From the NCBI GenBank assembly GCA_030141605.1, contig JAQGDQ010002368.1:372001-436000 (forward strand): a DNA stretch of 64,000 nucleotides, in the 5' to 3' direction. How positions within the stretch are numbered: the stretch's first letter is position 1; each line of letters begins with the position of its first letter. Source of the stretch: Tubiluchus corallicola. Its lineage: Eukaryota > Animalia > Priapulida. The position numbers and the translations under genes are program-made. Under the pieces are notes generated by a model, which had not been told where the DNA came from, did no database searches, and saw only the letters and a program-made list of their open reading frames with translations. Below are positions 1 through 17,216 of the stretch, piece by piece.

Positions 1-387
1 GTAGGAAGGTATAAGACGATTAGCCAGTTTCTTTGACTGACTGATTGGTTGATTGAATGAATTATTGATTGATCGAGTGATAGACTTTTTTATTTGGTTG
101 ATTTATTACCGTATTGCGAAACAGGTTGGCCGGACCGACTGAAAGCTCCATGTCCTAAGCCCTTCTGTAGGCTTGTAAAGTATTGCACTTTCAATACGAA
201 TTTGAAGGTCTAAACCTAAACCCAAAGAGCATCTTCAGCAGGGGGCAAAACGACTAACTTGAGGATAAATAATTGTTAGTAAAAAAAGTAACACAGTGAA
301 ACTCAGACATTTTGACTGAAATGTAAGAAAACGGCTAAAATAAAGTAGATAGTTTGACAAGAAAATTACATTACTGATGTTTTTCAG

Positions 388-667
388 CTACCGCAGAAAC
401 CTTGGTTATATTCTTGGACCAGAATCGGGCAAATACAACAGAGTTCTCGACTACAGATACAGACCTGGCTTCGACGAGAACGACGATGGCTCTTCCCTTC
501 CTGGTCGGTTGTTCTTCACAAATAGAGGACGCTTCCCAACTGAGGAGGAACAAGCGGAAGCCGCCGAAATTGCTGCCAACTCTAACAGATTTGGCATCCC
601 CAATCTTGGCAACTTGAAGAGAGTTGGGGCATTAGAGAGACGGTTGGGCTCGCCTAATATTATTTAA
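388..667 (+). CDS. Terminal coding exon of an unknown gene; paralog of the minus-strand gene at 1301-3735; upstream exons not identified, probably before the window
   Basis: Acceptor tttttcag|C at 387/388 (phase 2), open to TAA at 667. YRRNLGY...FFTNRGRF aligns ungapped, 29/49 identical, to the last exon of the minus-strand gene, which has the same intron position and phase. Confidence 0.75.
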
Positions 668-1300
668 ATGCTGTGTGATTATGAAAGACAAACCAGGGCA
701 CGTATTTTATTGTTCAGCACTTTTCTATTCTCAGGAAAAATTCATATAGTTCCACATTTTTATTAGTAATTCGTTTTTTACAGTATGAAGAATAATTTGT
801 ATGGTAATTTGCTTACCGTTAAGCCTTGTGTGTTATTAGAGTTTTCAGAGAATGTTTTAGTTAAAATTCTTGTTTTAAAAATGTTAGCAAACTCAATTGC
901 CAATTTACATTCAGCAAATATCAGTGAAAACTATGCTCACTTTATTATGTAATATTATATAAGTTTATAAATAAGAGTAATTTACTTAACCAGGTAAAAT
1001 CAATAAATCTAAGTACCACTTATGCTTATAAATATTGTTTTTTGTACACTCTATTACTGTAGCACCATAGCTTCTTATGCAACGCACGGAGCTTTTTTTA
1101 AAAAAATTCAAAATTTTTTGCAATACGTCATTACACCACAACACAATTTAGAGTGAATGCGTCAAGTTCACTATGCTACAAACAACTATACTAAAAATAT
1201 TAATAATGATACATATACTTCTATCTGTACTAGCAGTCTAGCACAAGTGACTGTCGCTTTAAGAAATGTTTTTGTAGTATAACGAGAATTAAGAAACATG

Positions 1301-3735
1301 TTAATATCTTCTAGAATAAGTTTTCGTATATCGTTTCGCAGTTGGACGCACATCAGAAAGAGATCCATAATGGGGAAGTCCAAAAGTTATCTTTTTTGCC
1401 TGACTGGAATGCGTTTTTGTTCCACGCGCTGAACCAAAACGGCCGTAATTAGTGAAAAAGCTGCGATCCGGAAGGATCTCCCCGTCATCTTTGTCATCAA
1501 ACTCTGGTCTGCTTCTGTAATCAATCGCTCTCACGTAGCTTCCATTTTCTTCTCCGTTTTGAAAACTCAACTGCCTACGGTAACTGAAAATAAAGGTAAA
1601 ACATGTAACATAAGTTAGCAAAGCACTAAAGTTGTAAGCAGCACACGAAGGATGAACAAACAAATGCAAACAGATAAACCAACAAACAAAGAAAATGAAG
1701 TGCAAATCATGCTGAATACGCTTGACTAAATAGTACCAGCATCTATATCTCTGCTTCTACTTGGCAATGGATCAAGTTACTCAACATAATTATTAGCATA
1801 CCCAATAAAATTGTTATCATTGAGTACGGTTTGATTGTTGGTAATTAGTCAAAGTAACTGATGAGCCAGGGCCAATAAAATGACTACCTGTTGTTTAGCC
1901 GCTAAAGTAATGTAATTAACGTTTCAGCAAAACAGCAGCTTAGCGGCCGTGAAGCTGATAGTTAATCAACTGACAGTCAGTAAATAAATACGAAATGGTG
2001 ACTTACGTGGTGAACGAATACACTCAGTTGATGTGTTACCGTGCTTAAACCATAAAAAATATAGTTAACGAGCTTCAAACAGAATATAAGAAGTGTTTAT
2101 GTAATGTTTGATACATTTGTTTTTACTACAAAGTGCAATGCTCATTTAAATCGGTTCGTCAAGCATATAAACTTTATGCCCAGCATACATTCTTAACAGT
2201 AAAAGGACGTATTAGTTTAGAGATTATTGGAGTCACTGTAAGCTTTCCAGAAAGACACAATGCATTCGCAAACTGCTCCCTGTAGTGGATTGTGAACAAA
2301 ATCGCCAAAACATTACAATTACAAATTTCTTCCCTAAAGAATGACAACCCATTGTAAATAGTAAACACAGTACTTACTTTCCCGTTCCACTACCGGATAA
2401 GTCAGTGATATGGTTACCAATCTCGGCATTCCCATAATATCGACTTTCTGGATTGTTCTCATAGAGGTCGCTTCTCTGGTAATGACGCCACAAGGGACCT
2501 TGATATTTGTCCAGTCTTGCTTTGCGTAGGTAGACATCTTGTCGAATGTCCTTGTCAGCATTCAGGTAAGCCATGGCTGCTTCTTTTGATCCGAATTTCT
2601 CATCCTTGGGAATATCGTAATACAGTTTTCTTTTATAAAGGTTAAATGATTCGTCGTCATCCGCAAGCTGTCCTTGGATGATGTCTGACCGGAACTGCGC
2701 AGTGGGATGCTCCAGGACTCTAGTGGGCAGCCCGTTATCATCAAAAGCATTTGATTTTTGCTGCTGCCCACGGCTTCCAAATGTCTTATATGGTGTACTA
2801 CTGGACTTCTGGCTGGGTGATACCTGGAACTGTTTCAAATGAGTGACCCCATTGCTTGACGTCGACGTATTCCAAGCGTAAACGCCTTTGTCGTCGTGGC
2901 TATTTCGTCGCCCGCCATAGGAATAAGCAAAGGTGACCTGAAGTCCGAAACAGCAGAGTTTAACAGAGCTTGCAGTTTGCATAATTGTTTGATTAATTGC
3001 ACACAGTTTTTTCTAGGTGTTGTAAAACACGTGAAAAATAGAAAGAACAAACAGGCAACAAACGACTCTCATCAACGAATTATAATTTCAGTGAGAAAAG
3101 AAAAACAACTGTGTAAAAATTTGTCGCATATTTACTTATTACAAATCATGAAATCAGTCTGTATTTTTTCCATATTATTGTGTAAACAATAAACGTATAA
3201 GACATAAAAATAACTTTTTGTGTAATTCAGCACTCAGTGACAGGATGCCTATTTAATGAACGAGGTTGTGGTGTGACTGGAACCCAGCTCATTATCACGT
3301 CTAACATGAGAGACGGAACCGACAGAGGTGTCTTAGCCATGTCTGGATGCAAACATACACTCTTCCTGAAATACGTAAATAGCAGCGAACCCCAGCCCCG
3401 CGAAGTACTCCTGGAGGTCACTTTTTCTGACAATGCTTGGTGTCGCTCAACTTTTGTCTTGCAGTTATTTCCCTGACCTTAAATTGCATTAGGCACAATA
3501 AAGTAGTATATATTGGAAAAGCAATGATTAAATGCATTTACTCAATTGGTCAATTTAAAATAAAACCATTTTCACACAAGAAATACCGAACCCCATATGT
3601 GCGCTGTGCTCTAACCAACTGTAATGTTAATACTTACGAACTTTTTTACAATATACGAAAATAACTAGTTACTATACTATTGTAATTTATATGTCTACTT
3701 ACTGTAATGCAGAGGAAAAATACGAATACCTTCAT
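1301..3735 (-). CDS. Secreted protein of unknown function, 3 exons, ~291 aa
   Basis: Exons 3735-3703 (MKVFVFFLCIT|gtaagt), 2937-2378 (cttcag|VTFAYSYGG...GSGTG, donor gtaagt, phase 2) and 1583-1301 (tttcag|...YRRQLSF...YSRRY*). Phases are compatible, total 876 nt. Hydrophobic N-terminus MKVFVFFLCITVTFA resembles a signal peptide. Confidence 0.8.
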
Positions 3736-3820
3736 CTTGTACTGTCGAGCAATAAGAAAACAAGACCAAGTTTGGTTATAGATTGATTAATTATGGCTGC
3801 TTGTTCTTGTACAATGTTGC

Positions 3821-3831
3821 TTATATATAAG
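3821..3831 (-). promoter_or_regulatory. Candidate TATA box of the minus-strand secreted-protein gene
   Basis: TATATAA-containing palindrome ~90 nt upstream of ATG 3735; supported by position only. Confidence 0.35.
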
Positions 3832-5539
3832 TTTTCTCTTGGATTCACTCGGCTTTACAAACAGACTTTATTTTTCAAATATGACAGTCAGTCACGAGAA
3901 AACCGGACCACGGTTAATTACAAAAAATTACGTTACATAGTTCATCTGTGATGTGAAGGTCGTCGAAGTTTTCTTAACTTTACTCGTTTGATTAAGCATC
4001 TTTGTTGCCATCTTAGAATGGATCAAACGCGATTAATTATAGTAATTTCCAGTTTGAATGTTGATTTATGAAGTAACGGTAGGGTGTGTGCATGTGTGTT
4101 GCTGCAAGCAACACGACTTCGCTTTTATTATCATGTGTTGATTTTTTGTGCGGAAATGCGCATATCGTTACGATAACCTTAAGATAATGTTTTAAAAATT
4201 TGAAACCGCTTTTTGTTTTATAAAATTAAGGTTAATTTTAATTTAGAAGTTGCCTGCTTTCTTACTTGCCTGTATACTTGCCTCAATTATGAACGGAATT
4301 TTAGTTGCATCCCATTGCCGGGGAATCCAATGTGAGTGCTCGGACGTTAGTCTAGTGGAATTCCTGCTTCATGGACAGACCCTATTCGTAAAATTCGCAT
4401 AAATGTACAAACCTTCGAATCTATGTTGAACGGTGGGCCATAATGACAGGTTGATTCTAACGCTTAATATCTGCCTTCCCGTAAGTCTTGAAAAACTGAG
4501 CTTCCCAGTTTCCCTTTTGCGAGTTCCATTGTGGCCGTAAATTACACTGCAACATTTGTCAGTCCATCCAAGGTTAGGCTATATGTTTTTATGAATGAAC
4601 CAAATCAGTAAGAAAGCAGCATATCGCGTGACGGGATTTTCCTTTGAATGAAACGCGTGTTTTAATGCTGTTTGAGGCAAGTTCTTTAAAGCTGAAGAAA
4701 ATACTTATCCTTAAACACAACAGTGAACATTGGTACCTCAAGTAATGAGCGTGAGAACTGGTCTAATATTGATTTTGTCGTGACATCTTATGTTGTAACC
4801 AAATAAATTTCATTCAAATTTCATGATTGCAGATATTCATGTTATCATTTAGGATAAACTGGAAGGTCGTTCCAAAATTTTTTAATCGGAAATGACAAGA
4901 TAAAATTCTGCCCACGTTTTGTATATTGATTATATTAGATTTGTTTTAATAATGATGTCTTTCAATCATCTTCACAGTGTTAACATTATATTAAATGGGT
5001 CATTTTTAGCATGGGTTACGTGAGACAGTGGGGATAATGAATGACATGCTATGTAAATTATTTGCAATTGTAATTGCTTTGAAAAAAATAAAAGAATAAA
5101 AGTCGGCAGTGGCTTATAAACCTTGCCCCCAATTTTGCCTCAAGTAATCTTGCTGCCTCAATTAACCCCATTTTACTTACTCTTAATTATCTTTTAGTAT
5201 TTTAATACAGTACTTTATTCCATTAAAGTTTGTTTCAGCACACTACAATGTTGTGTAAATAATATAAACTTACACTAAGAAACACCAATTCGTGAACTAC
5301 CAAAATACAGGTACTAAAGTGGAATATAAGCAATTTATATATTTTTTAAATAGATCATCTGTTAAAGACCAGTTATTTTATATAAATCTGTAATTATACT
5401 AATTTATCCCAGACCAATCCCAAACCAATCAGGAACATTGGGCACACGTATCGCGCAGATACTTGAAAACACAATACGTATTTACGCAAATACCATGTTT
5501 TAATTTTTATATTTAAATGGTATTTTAGCGGCATATATG

Positions 5540-6530
5540 AGGTGATTACAAATAAAAATGGCACAGGAAAAATGGCTTGTAAAAATGGCATAACAAAAAT
5601 GAAACAAATGAAAAAATATACAAAAATGGCACAGGTAAAAATGGCACAGGAAGAAATGGCATAGGAAAATATGGCACAGGAAAAAATGGCACAAATGGAT
5701 GGAAAAGTGGGTAAAAATGGCAAAGGTAAAAACGGCAAACAAAAAAATGCGCACTTAGTAAAATATGTGTTTAGGGTTATAGTTAGAGTGGGGAGATAAT
5801 TATTTTAGCTGGTTTTACCTTTGCCAGGCTTGAAGCTATGCTTGAACACAGTTTGTTTGGTTGTTTTTGTCTGTTATGGCAGTAAGTCTATTACGCAAAA
5901 ACTATCTAACAGATTTCCAAGAAACTTTGTTAAGAAAGGTGGGCTTAGGGTACCAAAATGAGAGTCTTTTAGCCGGTACTTTTCAGGCAAAACTTAATCG
6001 AATACTACGAACAAACAAAAAACATCCGTAAAGTACTTCGAGAAGATCTCAGAGGGAGTGTTTAGTACTTCTTTTTTGTTACCTCCACCTAACTTTTTTT
6101 ATTAATTTGTATATCCTAATAAGGAGACTTGTAGGTATATATTCTTCAATTTATTAAAATCGTCAGATTAAAGGTAGATAAGCACTATGTGGAACATTCG
6201 TGCATTATTGATTATAAATCTATTCAATGAACAAATATTTCGCTATTCTATACTCTTTATTATTATACCAATACAGGCACATTTTTGTACGTTTGTTGTT
6301 TATCTTTCTGTTAAGTTTTTCAAATAAAGAATCAGACGAACGAACAAGTTTAGGATTGTTTGGCTTTAACTGAAATCTGCTTCATATTGAGCCCATTCTA
6401 GTTTTATTATAAAAATTAACTGCATCAAAATAATATATGTGCCATTTTTCCTACTTTTCCATTTGTACCATTTTTTCGTGTGCCATTTTTCCTGTACCAG
6501 TTTTTTCCTGTGCCATTTTTACCGCACACC
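5540..6530. mobile_element. Foldback/MITE-like element with inverted arrays of a short motif
   Basis: Tandem AAAAATGGCACAGG-like units at ~5553-5745 and inverted TGTGCCATTTTT units at ~6437-6530. Confidence 0.55.
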
Positions 6531-7051
6531 ATATGGGGCTGTGATCTAATATAAACCAAAATTTTTTGAAAGCGTTGATAACTATATATCAAGAGTGATG
6601 AAGAGAGCCGACAAACAAATGGATTAAACGGCTATAAAATGGAAACAAGAAATCACTGAACACAATGCGTATCATAAAGAAGACCACCTCTGCGGCTTTC
6701 TAAAAAGGAATTGTGCTGTTAACGTCGGCAGCTTTGTTTTGTCAAACCAGACTTTTAATGCAGCGTCCATCTGGAGCTATTGTCTCTTCCCTCAGCGCAA
6801 TCCCAAACGTTATAAAACTAATCTGGGCTTAGACCTGGTGAGCACAGATATTTCGCAGCACCTGAAAGCGAAGTGCCTTAATTAAATTCTTCAGGTAATG
6901 AGAAATATTCGTGAGACTGCCTCAAAACAAAAGAGGTTGTAAACTGGCTCATCCTTTAACAAAGTCCACCCATCAAAACCGGACGGGTTAGGTGCTTGAG
7001 TATTCTTTTGGAATAAGGTATTTTGATTAGTAAACAACAAATCAGGAGAGT

Positions 7052-7058
7052 TATAAGA
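7052..7058 (+). promoter_or_regulatory. Candidate TATA-like box
   Basis: TATAAGA ~60-70 nt upstream of ATG 7113/7125. Confidence 0.3.
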
Positions 7059-7124
7059 GGCAGGTCTTCGAGTATCGTCTCATTGTAGCCAAGGAAGAGA
7101 ATCGTTGTTCACATGTCTGTCACC

Positions 7125-10100
7125 ATGAAGTCTACATTGGTAGCTGTTGCACTGGTTTTGGTTATGTTCCAGCTTCATGGTATGTTATTACTTACTAAAA
7201 TTTTCGCTTATATCGTTAAAGTTTTGTGCATAAGATCACTTTTGGGGGGTAAGCTGTTCAGAATATGTCTACTACGGAATCGCAGTTAACAACTTTTTTA
7301 GCTATGTGAGTTGTTAGCAATAAAAGCCAGAAAAAGACCTTCCCTTTTGAACTGTTTTGTCTCTTTGTTGCTAAGCTACTTTCAGTCATTTCTATGCAGT
7401 GGAAGAATTCTTCCGTTTTAAAGTTAATTTCATGGTATTTCGTTGTATGGGGGATATTAAAATGTGTTTGCTTACTTGGCAACACACAGTGACCAGAAAC
7501 TCATAAGTCATGATTCTTGCACTTGTTATTTTCCTTATTCAGATAACAGGTAACAGTGTTATTATTCAAGAGTTTACTTTAATATAACTTTATTGTGTTA
7601 CAACTTTAACAATTATTATGTTACATTTACGTAAGTTCACTTTTTATTTTGACGTGTTTTTGCTCAGCTGTCTAACTTCACATTGCTCAAGAACGTAATT
7701 TTCAGTTTACTTGCTCAACATATTAATACTGTTTAATCTAATTATTACGTTGTACGAGGAATTGCGGATTTGCCGTCAAGTTCTATTGATATAGAGACTA
7801 AAGAGAAACAAAAAAACTCATATACTATTTACAGATTCGCGTCTAAGTAAAACACAAATTTAATTTTTCCATCTGGCCAAATGTTCCATCGCTTTAATTA
7901 TACCTCGTGTTGAAAAAAATTGAAAAAGGAAAAGTAATTTCAATAAATGCGCCCGCAATTAAAAAAGGCACATCAACGTTCTTTGTTTTGTGGCCAGCTG
8001 CTCCAGCACAATGGAAATGGAATAGTTATAATTAAAAAGAATCATAAATTTTCAGAAAATAGTCATCTTTTAATATTATGCTAAATACGTACATTTGTTA
8101 ATTCATCCATATCATTGTTCGTTCGTTCTTTTATACTATTATCAATACATTAATTTCAGTGCAAATACTCAGTATTTATATTTAAATAGGCTTATACACA
8201 ATTTCAGTTGAGTTAAAAATTGTACCTGTATAATTACGAGTGTCAAATTTCTATGTATTGTATTAAATTTACCGAAAAAGAAAATCTAAAATTTTATCAA
8301 TAGCATGTAAATGCGTTGGTATAAAACGTTTTATCTCCTTTACTTTTCTGTCACAGTGTTATTCATTAAAAAGTAAATACTGTTTGTAAATAAAATGCAC
8401 TACAACCTTACATAAAATCAAAAATTCTTTGCATCCTTTGCTTATGATTTAGAAATGCATAATTTAAATATTGATGACATTTTCGCTCGCTTGTAACCGA
8501 ACTGCTAGTCAAAATTACTTCCTAATCAATAAAAATATTCTGTATTTCAGATCTCCTGTAAATGACAGTTTAAAACTCCAGGAATTTTTGAAAGTACCTT
8601 TCATAGTACATCATGCTCGGTTTTTCTTTTGATCTGTAAACCTGTTTACATAACCATAATAATTAGCATGTTTTTATTAGTTAGCTTCGTCTGAATTTAG
8701 CCTATTATTTGACTTATTTTAACTTACCTGAATATAGATTTCTAGACTTAATCGCTAGACATATGTTCTAACTTTAAACAAACTAAGATTTTAACACTAT
8801 TAAATGTAATATTGTGTGGCAGTTACCGTACTGTTCTTTCGTAGCAGACGTGCATTCAGTACTTCTAGCAACTTTACACAAAAATAAAAACAATATAATC
8901 ACACTAGAAAAGAGAATCTGGTATAAAAATTATTAATGTCACGAACCTCCTGAATAGGAGATAACTCCGATCATTTAGCCGAGAAGCAATTTCTTCTCCT
9001 TTTTTATAATAGGATAGGTTAATTCTTTCCCGGTATTGATTAACTGACTGAGTAATATAAATAAACTAATCAATGAATAAATGAATAGATGGATTGGTGG
9101 CTAATCGAATGAAAAATAGTTGAGTGAATGATGCATGAATGGATGGAAAAATGAACGAGTAAATGAATGCACGAACGAGCCAACGACTGAATGAATGAAT
9201 GAACGAATAAACGAATGAATCAAAGAACGAACGAACGAGTGAGTAGTGGGTGAGTGAGTGAATGAGTGAATGAATGAATGAATGAATGACTGAGTGAGTG
9301 AGAGAGCGAATGAATGAGTGAGTGAGTGATTGAGTGAGTGAGTGAATGAGTGAGTGAGAGGGAGTGAGTGAGTGAGCAATCGAGTGAGTGAGTGAGTGAG
9401 TGAGTGAGTGAGTGAATGCGTGAGTGAGCGAGCGAATGGGTTAACGCATTAACTGATTAGCAAAGATATATTAAAAATTAAGCTTTTGATTCCCAAAACG
9501 CCAATTAACTTTAAGATTTCCGCGTGGATGAAACTTTCTTGTTTAAATATAACCAAATGGCGATTTCAAAAAGATATCAGAGTAAACTTCAAAGGAGATC
9601 ACTGAAAAATTTTGCATTTTTTTTTATTTTATGAATAGCTTCTTACTAAGGGAAAAGCTGTACCTGCTGTAATTAACAGGCTTACTGAATATGTAGTTAG
9701 GTTATCTTTGCAATTTGCGCTAATATTGTTTACCAAGCTCAAACGAGTTTTGAGGACTAAATGACTTCTAGGCGGGGCATAATAAAAATAAAACGTTGAA
9801 CGTATACCCCTGAAGTGTTGCCATTTCTGGCCAATTGCTGATGCAAAGAAGCCTATGGCTGAGGGGAATTTTGTTTGGAAGACCGTCTTCGCCTCTATAT
9901 TTTAACAGGATCGGAACTTTGTGTCGATCCTTTCCTAGACTGGTGGGTAAATGCCGTATTTCATGAAGAAAATCATCAACGGGCTAATAAACCAATTTTT
10001 ATTACAGTTTGACCAAGTTTGTACGATTTTTAACTTAAACGTAACCACATGCACCACAACCACAACCACATACTACTTCCTTATAATTAATGTTATAAAT

Positions 10101-11936
10101 ACATTTTAGACCGTTCTTTAAACTGTTTATTTTTATAGAAAAATGTCGTAAAAATTCCAATTTTTTGGTTAATCTTAAATGTCCATTAAGCGATTAAGCA
10201 GAAACCTGAAAGTTCCACTCATTAGAGCGGCTCAATAATTATGTAATGACAAAACATATTAAAAGAATAATTCTAATTAAATATTTATTATTTGTTTTTC
10301 AGTCGCACGTGGTGAATATACAACAACACCATCGCCTGACACGCCTACTCTTGTAGCTGGGTACTACGAACATGGCGATGGTGATGAAAACGGCAGTGGT
10401 GAGGAAGATAATGATAAAACATCAATAGTGCTTACCAGATACTACGGTCCCAGCATCAGCACCACAACAACTGCTCCTGAGCAACGGGGTTACGTGCTCC
10501 GCTCTAGAACATCATCAGAAAAGTCACAGGATCGGATACGCCAGTATTATCATAACAACGGCAATGACGGTAATGATGACAATAACGACAACGATGAACG
10601 CACACAAAAGCGTGTAGTCTACATCCGAAGAGGCTACAGTGGTGATCACCATGTTGAAGATGATGATGGCGATAACGATGACGACAACGATGAACAAACG
10701 CAAAGACGTGTAATCTACATCCGAAGAGGCTATGATAATGGCGACGATGATGAAGAAGATGATGATGATGATAACGAAGCAAAACGTCGGATTTACATTC
10801 GTAGGCACAGTAGCAGTGAGAATGGTGACAGTGGTGATCACAGTGACCTCGATAACGGCTACAGCAGAGTGACTCGCAGACGTAACAGATTATATCTTGA
10901 TAATGGCGATGACGGCGATGATCGGTACATTTACTTTAGGGGAGATGAAGGAGATGGCAATAGTTATGAAAGCAGACGTCGGGTTTACATTCGAAGAGAA
11001 GAAGCAACAACTGCAGCACCACAGCGTGGTTACTTTTACTACAGAGAAGAAGAACCAACCACTACTGAGCAACCAAGTGGTGAGGAAATCTACAGGCACT
11101 ACTTGAGGAACATCAAACCAAGATTGGACGAAACTCGCCGAAGTAATACACGCCGACGCCAAGCTCATGATGGTGAACGTCGATATTACAGATTGGTTGA
11201 AGAAGAACCTGAGTCACAGGGTTATTATGCAACCCCTGAGCAGGAAAAATCCATAAGCTTTCGTCGCCGTTATGATAGCCGCGATGAAGACATCATTCAA
11301 GTACCAAAGTATCCGCTAATTCGCAGGAGATCTGGTTCAGATGATAACAGAAAATCCAGCGGGCGTCGAGTGTACTTACCAATTGAAGCACCAACTACCA
11401 CTGAGAGACCTGAGATTCGTCATTATTACGTGCGTTCGGAAGAGCCAGCAACTACTGAAACGCCTCGTCAACAACATTATATTCCTCGTCGAGTCTACAG
11501 GCCTGCTGAGTCAACAACAACTGAAGCACCAAGCCACAGTGGCTATTACAGAGCATCTGAATCTGCGAAAACTCAGAAATCAAGCATTCGTCGCTTTTTC
11601 AGACCAAGCAACGAGCGACCATCAAGGAAATCGAGCATTCGACGTTTTATCAGAATAACTGATGAACCCAGACATGAAGAGCCAACATATCGTCAATATT
11701 ACGAACCAGCCGATATCAAAGAAATCAGAAGGCCCACCGTCAGACGATTTTATGAACCTGCTGAACTGACTACCACCGAAAGACCGTCGTTTCGTTATTA
11801 TTATAGGCCTCCTGAGCCAACTACAACTGAACAACCTAGCCGACCGAGGTACCCAGCACACTACAGGTACTATTTCAAAGAAACAACAACAACGGAACAG
11901 CCTACTACACGTCGTCTCTACCACCACGGTTACTAG
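7125..11936 (+). CDS. Secreted Arg/Tyr/Asp/Thr-rich low-complexity structural-type protein A, 2 exons, ~562 aa
   Basis: Exon 1 7125-7179 (alternative in-frame ATG 7113) MKSTLVAVALVLVMFQLH, phase-1 donor gtatgt. Exon 2 10303-11936 follows tttttcag and is in frame with the 502-aa ORF. The join gives signal peptide ...FQLHVARG|EYTTT. RRVYIRR/Asp-rich blocks are followed by TTTE(Q/R)P-xxYYY repeats. Confidence 0.88.
9105..9437. repeat. Compound (GAAT)n/(GAGT)n tetranucleotide microsatellite in intron
   Basis: Directly visible gaat/gagt runs. Confidence 0.9.
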
Positions 11937-13230
11937 TGGCATGGGATTACATCAACTTTAGTAGCATGTCCAAAAAGTGACGTATTATAATACTATTTCC
12001 AATCCGCAAATAATTCAAAAAACTGCACCAAAAAATAAGAAAATAAAAATTGAGAATTTAATTGTATAAATGAACATTCCAAATCTTGTAGCTGCAATAT
12101 TTTGTTTTATTGTAAACTTATTATTCACAGAAAGATAAAAAATGATTGTGTCAGTAAATGCGCTGACTGTTGTGACGAGTTAAGAATGCCCTGCAGGGTG
12201 GATGGTAAAAACAAAACCACTCTCGGCTTACATTTCAGTGCCCAAAACCCGACTTTGTGTTCATTTCTTCTCGTAGAGTCTCGGTGATAAGCCAACAGTT
12301 TGAAATTAGTAGTGTAGTGTTTAGGCGGGCAATAAATACAATTTTTTATGTCGGCCTAAGCTTAGATAATGACAATGATAACTATATCGAATTTAATACT
12401 CTATATTTTGATCATTTTATTCAAAAAGCGAAGACAAGTTAGTTAGTACCCAAATAGACATTGTTCACCGTTTTACATGTAATTTCCATAAACTCTTAAT
12501 GGTCACTTATATTTTGTTTTAAAAAATCGATTGCGTTTCATGCTGGGTTCAAACGTTTTGGTATTTTTTGCCTAGTTTAATAAAAGCTGTCTTACAGTAG
12601 AACGGGAATCTAGAGTAAAAATTACTAATAATATAACAGGAAAGTAGATTTTTAAAACAATAAATGTATAATGAGCAAGATATTTTAAATTATGATTTAT
12701 TATTGTGTTCAGTGTTTGCATGTCTATAATGGCTATCTTTATCGAACTGTCAACTGAAAGCTACTTGGCGTGAAAAAACATAAGACAATGGCTGCTTGCT
12801 TAATCTGAAAACAGTGCCATTATCCAATATTAATAAGAATAATATTTTTATCTGGGCTGTTAACAAGCGTGAATCAATAAACATAAATATTCCAGAAGAA
12901 CAAATTGCCAATGACACTGAACCGTTGATGCTGAAAAGTTAAAGACGTTAAGCATCTTAATTTAAACCAAATTTCTGTAATGCAGGGTAACATGCACCGC
13001 AATATTAGCTTTTCTGAACAATGAAAAAAATGGGCAAGAAAAGAAAGGAAAAAAAAACAATTTGCGAATTGTTAAGGAATACCTGTCAGGCATTTTTATG
13101 TCGGAGATTTTACTCATCTTAGATTGCAGAACTTCTGGATAAAAAAGTTTCGATGTGGCTAATGCTCCAGGAGCAGTGATACCGATGCTGATATTAACAG
13201 AAAATATAATGCCACCAAATGCGATGCCAT

Positions 13231-13237
13231 TCTCTCT

Positions 13238-13278
<41 letters not shown>

Positions 13279-13285
13279 TCTCTCT

Positions 13286-13352
<67 letters not shown>
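13231..13352. repeat. (CT)n microsatellite
   Basis: Directly visible. Confidence 0.95.
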
Positions 13353-13353
<1 letters not shown>

Positions 13354-13738
13354 ACCATCATTTATATCTTTTCAACGCCTCCCTCCCTCCTCCCTTGTTC
13401 CTATCTACAGATAAAGGTTTTGTCTGCAGATAAAGGTTATTAGTATTAGCGTCTTTACATTTCTATTTAATCTACACAGTCATTCTTAAAGATGCCTGCT
13501 GAGCTCCAACCACTTATCTAGAAATAATTACACATTCACCTACTCGTAAATGTTCATCTTTTGTCTTTAGAGCCGTGGAAAGCTCCAGGAGTTTCTTGTG
13601 TTGATTGAAACGATACAAAACTAGTTTTCTCGACATAAGATTTGATTGACATACCTCTCAGAGCAGCATAAGAACTAAAGGATTTGTCTGGAATGACAGA
13701 GTTATAGTTTGTGTGCTGCATTTTAAAAAGTGAAAATC

Positions 13739-17216
<3,478 letters not shown>

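Noticed and set aside
110-260. Possible ribozyme-like or structured RNA
   Set aside because: No complete hammerhead or HDV core and no convincing stems identifiable by eye
2007-2043. Possible 37-nt micro-exon (ag...gtaagt) in intron 2 of the minus-strand secreted gene
   Set aside because: Its length would shift the frame; the flanking exons already join in phase 2
5394-5754. Hydrophobic 114-aa and 84-aa ORFs
   Set aside because: Translations of the AAAAATGGCAC tandem motif
10504-11942. Several overlapping or antisense ORFs
   Set aside because: Shadows of the low-complexity exon of gene A
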